DNA from: Raillietiella orientalis
Lineage: Eukaryota
Assembly: GCA_036172245.1 (NCBI GenBank)
Contig: JAYWIR010000009.1
Coordinates: 1,674,001 to 1,738,000 of the forward strand
Reading direction: 5' to 3'
Length of the DNA stretch: 64,000 bases
Within the stretch, counting starts at the first letter, position 1. Each line of letters starts with the position of its first letter. Below are positions 57,792 through 64,000 of the stretch, one piece after another. The position numbers and the translations under genes were made by a program. Below the pieces are notes generated by a model. It had not been told where the DNA came from. It ran no database searches and saw only the letters and a program-made list of their open reading frames with translations.

Positions 57792-59899
57792 TGCGTTGGT
57801 GGCTGCGGCGCATCCGCCGCCGAAGATGCCGTCCGGATGGAACCGGGACGGTTGACCCGAGTCTGGGTTAGGGGTGATGTAGGGGAAGAGAGGAACCGGG
57901 CACGTTGCTGGCCAGCAAGCCGCAGCTCCTCGGGAAGCTAGCGAGGAAGCAGCAGAGGGCACATTGGAACAGCAGGCGACAAAAGGGAAGGCGCACCCAC
58001 TCCATATGCTCTTGACCCGTCTCCACCCCTGCTGCTCCCCAGCGGGAACTGACTCTCCGCTTTCCCTCCCAGACGCACACTCCGAGGCCTCGCCGCCGCC
58101 GCTCCTGAGCTTTCGGAAGCCCAGCGGCTGACGCGGGCGAAGGAAGGAGGATCTGACTCGATTTTGGCGCCACGCCATCTCGATTTCCGCCTCCCTTCTT
58201 CCTGTCCCTAGTGGCTGCGGTCCTCTAGACGCGCGCATCCGGCGTCGGCACCTTCGTCCGTGCGCAGTCCCGAGATCGTTTCCCGACCACGAGCGAAGAA
58301 CACCTCTGTTGCCGACCTCCAGCGGGTCGCAGGCAAGGGGCAGAGCGACGTTCCTCCCAGACCGGCCTTCCCCTTTGACCCTCCGGCTCTAAGATGGCTT
58401 ATGCGCAACATCAAGATTTTCCTCCTCCTCTTCCCCTCCTCCTCATCTTCTTCATTGTCGTCGTAGTCAGTATCATATACCCTTCCATTTGCAGTCCTCT
58501 TCCTTCGTTCCTTCTCCTCTTCCTCCTCCCTTAAAACTCTACAGGAGAACTCCTGATCCGCCAGTGACAGAATCGCACTTATCCTCAGACCCACCTACCC
58601 CCCCCATTTTCTGCTTCCCTGCCCTTATTTCCTACTTCCATCATGGGTCTCTTCTTGCATCTTTTCTTCTTCTCTCTGTCTTCCTCGGAGCGACGTAACC
58701 AAAAGGAAGCAGAGGGAGGCAGGGAGGAGAAACGGAAGAATGAAAACCAGAAGTGATGGACTGCGTCTCTGGTCCAAAGTTCGGATATGACCATTGAGGG
58801 AACCCGTCCCCTTCCAGAGGCATTCTCTCCGACCAACAAGCATCCTTCATCGCTCCCGGTGCCCCTACTTCGAATCGTTTCCCATGGCGGGTCTCCTGAT
58901 CTTTGGAGTTGCTCTCGCGCGAGGTTACCTGCCCACATCGCACTTGATGCGCCTCCTGCTTGCGAGCAGCACACCACGTAAAGGTCAGAGTCAGGATGGC
59001 CGTAGTCGCAGTAATCGCTCTTTCGCTCGAGGTAAGTCGCGCCGGCGTTAGTTCTCTGCAGCCTCCGCCGCCGTTGTCACCTCGTCTCCAGCTGACAGCC
59101 GCAGTCGCAGATCGCTTGCTCCACCTCTTCCGACTAGGGAGGGTGTGCCGCTCCCAGGAGTTGCTCCTCCAGCCTCCTGAGGAAACGCTACTAGCAAAGG
59201 GATGCATCTCCGCCGCCGCATAACCGAGGATGTTGCTGGAAGGCGTCGGGGAAGCTGACTCTCTCCGCAGTTCTCGGTGAGTCTCGCCTCTGAGTCTCGC
59301 CTTCCCTTTTCCGTGAGACAAAGAGGTGTCCAGAAGACGTGCCTTGATCGATGAGGTGCACTTCGGTCTCCAGGTGACGGATAACGAGGGCCCACAGAGC
59401 AAAAATGAGGTGACAAGAATCTGCCGAAGTGGAGACGATCCCCCCAGCATCTCCGTCATCCCGAGGGAACGAGCGCGCTCGATAAGTTAGCTACCCACCA
59501 AGAGGCCGATGGGCCACCAGCCCTGATCCAGGAAGACCACGAAGGCAAGCCGTTACGGGAGGGAAGCTCCGTTAGGTGCTGCCTTTCGAAGCAAACCGAG
59601 GACGAGTGGATGATCCTGCGGGAGCGACCACTCCTGGTCGGCATTCCACCTACCGGAAAAAGGCTCAAGGGGAGGCAAGTTCGCAGCGCTCGCATTTGGA
59701 AGTGCAGGTCAGGGAGGCCAGTCCAGGACCAAAGGCGATGATGTGCCGCCACCTCAGACTTCTTGGTACATGGAACCCGCATGGGGAAGCACGCGCCAAG
59801 GCGGACGCTGGCACGTCACGGGACGAGGGGAGGTGGCTGAAGAAAGGGGAGACAGGCTGAACTGTCCAGGGAACCGGAAGTGTGGAGCAGTTGAACGAG

Positions 59900-60900
59900 A
59901 CTTTCTCGCTCACCCGTGAGGTGGCCGTGGTGCAGATGAGCTGTTGCAGCCGTCCGAAAGAGGAAGCTGCTTCGTGCGTTTCCACCATCTCGAAGCGCGC
60001 GAGGCGTGACGCGCAGGAGCACCCTAGATGCTCTTCTAGGGGAACTCGGAACGGGAGCAGAAGCTCTGAAGGATATGAAAAACAGAACAGTCATTACCGA
60101 AGTTGCATCTCCTTTCATTCCAGAAGCAATCCTGAATTTCATCCTCCTCTCCCTCTTCTTTTCCGCGAGATGTGGCACAGAGCTATCGACGAGAGGGGAG
60201 TGAGTCCTTCTCTCTTCATTGCCACAGGCTTTCTTGGAGCCGCGTCGGATGGCAACTCTTTGCTCCGAGGAATCCGGACATCCTGTTGATTTCATCCTTC
60301 TTTGCGTCGTTTCGGAACCTGGCATCCGGAATGTCTTCCGGCAGCAGTTGGTCTCTCTTCAACTCGATCCTTGCCTTCCTGAAAAAGCACCATTTCAAAG
60401 AAAACCGAAGATACAACTCCTGTCTGAAGTCAGGTGGCAGCTGGGTCGAAGCATCCCGCCCGAGATGCTCGGCAGTGCTTTTCGGTATCCACCAGGATGC
60501 GGGAGCGATTGCAACTCCTGGAGACGCGGATCCATTTCGCGGTGCAACCCGAGGCGGAAGGGAAGACTTCGACAACAGTTCCTTCGCAGCAGCCTTGGCC
60601 ATGCTTGCACCGGGTGTGGCCACGGGGCCTCGCGGCCGAGCTGCGAGCAAGACGGCAACCGCAGTCCACTCCGAGGATGTTCCCGGAGGTGTGTGATCTT
60701 TCCTGAGCTGGAGATGCAGTGCTCGAGCACCCTCTGGAGCTCCGAAATTCTCATGCCATCAAAGAACGGCTTTCGATCCAGGAAAAGTGTCTGAAATCCC
60801 ATATCCGAGCTCTTCTAGGGCCCTCAGTTCTTTTCCTTGGAGAGCAGTAGGAGATCACTAGGTGAGTATAATTTGCCAGGCTCTTCCTAGCAGCGCCGGG
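59900..60900 (-). mobile_element. Decayed Ty3/gypsy-like pol fragment
   Basis: ARIELKRDQLLPEDIPDARFRNDAKKDEINRM resembles the pre-RT xIxLKxxxxP..R..KEIxxM segment, followed by VPHLAEKKRERRMKFRI; frameshifted. Confidence 0.4.
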
Positions 60901-61769
60901 ATCCCGTCGATTTCCTGTGAGAGCCGCGTCTTCCTTCCGGCAGCAAATTTCTCCCGACAACATCTCGCAGCAACGCTGCCCACCCCGTCCGGGTCGCTGC
61001 TGCTGCTCAAGCTTTCTCAGACGATTCCATCCTTGCGGCCCGGCCAGAGACTCCGCGGAGTGCGCCTCCGAGGTCGCACAGTGCCCCTGAACGCTACTTC
61101 TGAGCTCCCTTCAAAGGGGTGGGTGGGCGAACCTCCTTCGGAACAGCGAGACGACCTCGAAGTGCAGAGGGGAGGGAGGAGAAAGACATGGAGTGTGATG
61201 ACCACCCGGTAGCACTCCATAAGTACAATAGGTGCGCAGAGCGGGAAGCAGCAGGTGGTGAACCACGCTCCAGCGATTTTCCTGTGCTTTTTTCTTCCAG
61301 AACTCCCAAGGGTGGTGCATCCGTTTAGCAAGGAGGCTGCGATGACGCCACAGAAGGTTCGCCGCAAAACAGCAAGTGCCTGGAAGTGCCCAATGCGGAC
61401 TGCGGCTTCGTCGCTTCACCGCAGACCCATAGACGTTTCCATCCCTCCCGAGGAGGAGAAGAGGAAGAGGGGAAAAGAGAGAGAGAGAGATTTCTGCATC
61501 CTCAGGTCGAAGCAGCGTCTGTCGGGATAGGTGAAGAACCGTCCCACACGCTGCCACCGCATCTGAGAAAACCGACACTACCGAAACCCGTGTGAAACCC
61601 ACCAGTGGACGGGACAACAAACAAAACAGTGATGTCACCAAATATGGTCTGCTCATCTGATCCTCGGGGCTCCTGACGTCAACTCAGCAAGCTATGAGAG
61701 AGCCCACCTCTCCCTCCCGGCTTTGTCGCGCCATGCATTCAGAACAAAGGGATGAAATCTACGCGGTCA

Positions 61770-62150
61770 CGGGAAGATAGACGTGCGCCTGCCGAAATGA
61801 AAGGGAAGGAACCCTCACCGGGGATGGAACCAGGAAGGAGCAGAGGGGGAGGATGGTAGACCAAAAAACAGGTAAGGAAATTTTTCCCCCGGTCACACTG
61901 GGGAGTTTATTCATAAAAAATAAACCAGTCGGGAACACGCTGGTTCCCAACCGAAAACAAAGGAAATTCAGTGAAAGGGCCCATCGATACGCAGGTCGGG
62001 GAACCGTAAAGTCCGGAACGGGAGGGATGGGGCGGAGGGCTTTGGCGCCGCTCCATCTGAACCAGGATAAATAAATAAAATAAAACCGGGAAAGCTCCGG
62101 AGCAGAAGGGAGTGGGCAATAAAAAAATAAATAAATAAAGGGAGAGCGGG
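61770..62150 (-). repeat. LTR-like dispersed repeat, copy 2
   Basis: CCCGGTCACACTGGGGAGTTTATTCATAAAAAATAAAC and GGGCCCATCGA; lies upstream (on -) of gypsy-like pol relics. Confidence 0.45.
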
Positions 62151-63564
62151 GACAAAGGTCACCATGTCAATGACTCGATCGGGGATGAGGTGCGCGGGTC
62201 TCGCGGCGAGACATGTGGCTGCCAGAGGTCCGCACCGGGCCGGGGAGATCCACAGGTGTTTGGCTGGTTCACTCACAGCCGTTCGGAGGTTCCGTCGCAC
62301 CTCGCATCCCAGATGGAGCCATCTCAGAACCCTTCCCGGTCCGAAAGATGGTGGCTGCAGGAGGCCACACTCTTCCTCCATTTTGGCGTAGCCGCAGGCG
62401 GCGCAGAATCGCCAGCGAGGAGGCAACCGGAAAGGCCTGGAGGGGAGTGCATCTTTCTTCGGGGCCTTTTCAGGCAGCCGACGGGGAAATGGAGCGCCTC
62501 GGTGACCCAGTCTTCCGGGTTCCGGCAGCACGTGCGGCAGGACTCCCACGGTCCCGCAATGGACGTTCCTCCATCTGAGGCGTCCCCCGTTTCGAGAGAG
62601 ACTTCGGCGCACCGGCAAGATGGCGGTCCGCCGGCAGCGTAGAGGAGGCATGCAGACGTCCACTGAGAAGCTCTATGTCCCGAGGTTTCCCTGAGCAACA
62701 CCTTCGCGGGAGCTGAGCTGGATGTTTGGGCTGGGCGTCGTTCGCCAGACGTACGTTTCCCATCGAGCAAGGGGCTTGGTTGCCCCCGCGGCCCGTGACG
62801 TCGCCTGCCACACCTCAGGAGGATCTATTTCCAGAGGAAACCCGCGGCAAGGAAATCTCAGCGCGCAAATGCAGATGAGCATGCAGAGAAGATTCCGTCG
62901 CGAATCTCTTTCTCTAGCAGCATCTGTGATCCTTGCAGAGATAACGACTCCTTCACCTCCTGCTGTGGTTCTAAGGCTCAGAAAGGACCCTGCTTTTCGA
63001 GAACTTCTGAAACATGGATCTTATCCGGGAAAGCTGAGGAAGGGGTGGGAAGGGTGAAGTTTTGCTTCTCCCTCCAAGTAGATGAGAGTCAAGAGAACGG
63101 GAGGAACGGCGGGATCCCCGGAGAAACAGATCCAAGACACAAGTGAGGACCAACGAAGAAAACAGGCGAATGCGCGCGGTCAGCCCAAGGCAAGGATTCG
63201 CCCTCCGCGTACTCAGGAGTGGGAGGCGCAGTGAGCTGCGAAATGTTGCACGGCGGGCGCAAGGCAGGGCAAACCATCCGACGAATTCTCCCAGGAGAAG
63301 CACGTCGCTGCTTTGCAGCTCTTCTCCTTTCTTGTCTCCGCACGCAGGACCTTCCCGTCAGCTCTCAGGAGGGGAGCGAAAGAAACGCGGCTCGTCATGG
63401 AGCCGCCGCTTCCCGCGTCTTTTGAATGACGTGCGCCAGTCCCGCTGACAGGAGATCATCGTGCCGTGATATCAGCAGAGATACTTTAGCGATATATCGG
63501 TTAATCGCGTCCATCACGAGTTCATCCTTGGTGCCGTTTGACCTTTCTGAACCCAGGAGAAAAG

Positions 63565-64000
63565 AAGTCTTCATTTCCGTGTTCGGATTTGATGGAAACC
63601 TTTTTGAGCTCTTTCCCGTTTCCCTGTTTTCCTTCCAGTTTTTTTTTTTTTTTCGGGTTGTTCTTTTTCTGATTCGTGGAGCACGCAAGGAACCGTTGGC
63701 GGCTCACGAAGTCCTTCAACACCGCCCACACCACCCCAGGTTGCGTCTTAGCTCTTCCAGTTATAGGGAGTACCACGGGAGGGGGCCACGCTACGAACCC
63801 AGGAAGAAGGTCCTGGAGGGAGCAGTCTGTTCCTCTCTTGTTGCTGGATAGGAATCCCGAAAAGAACATCTTCCTTGTTCTTCTCCCGGTTTGTGGAGGC
63901 TGCTCCATCGTTTCTTCTCCGAAAGGAACCCGCGCAAAGGAACCGCTCCTTGTTTTTCCCTTCCAAGTGAACCCCGAAGGGCACGATTTCCAATTTCTCT
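63565..64000 (-). mobile_element. SINE copy E (3' half; runs off the window end)
   Basis: Homologous to the 3' parts of copies A, C and D, including the A-run and the following AAACTGGAAGGAAAACAG extension. Confidence 0.85.

Overview
Eukaryotic (animal, most likely protostome) genomic DNA: GC-rich, with spliceosomal introns and many decayed transposons. Splicing the sequence by hand gives two muscle Z-disc genes of the Zasp/ALP-Enigma (PDLIM) family that face each other tail-to-tail about 15.5 kb apart. One is a Zasp66-like PDZ+ZM gene without LIM domains on the + strand (ATG 11223, 5 clear exons, about 315-342 aa). The other is a 15-exon Zasp52/alp-1-like PDZ-ZM-4xLIM gene on the - strand (55637 to 29274, about 700 aa; exon 10 and the intron after it are inferred). 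The rest of the window holds five copies of a 0.75-0.95 kb tRNA-headed SINE whose body is an array of CTTCGG mini-hairpins (one copy has a perfect 13-bp TSD), an AT-rich MITE-like element with inverted ends, a 250-bp inverted repeat pair in intron 1 of the Zasp52-like gene, an LTR-like repeat pair, and heavily decayed non-LTR and Ty3/gypsy fragments. Most long six-frame ORFs are artefacts of high GC content. Family assignments rest on recalled motifs; no database search was run.
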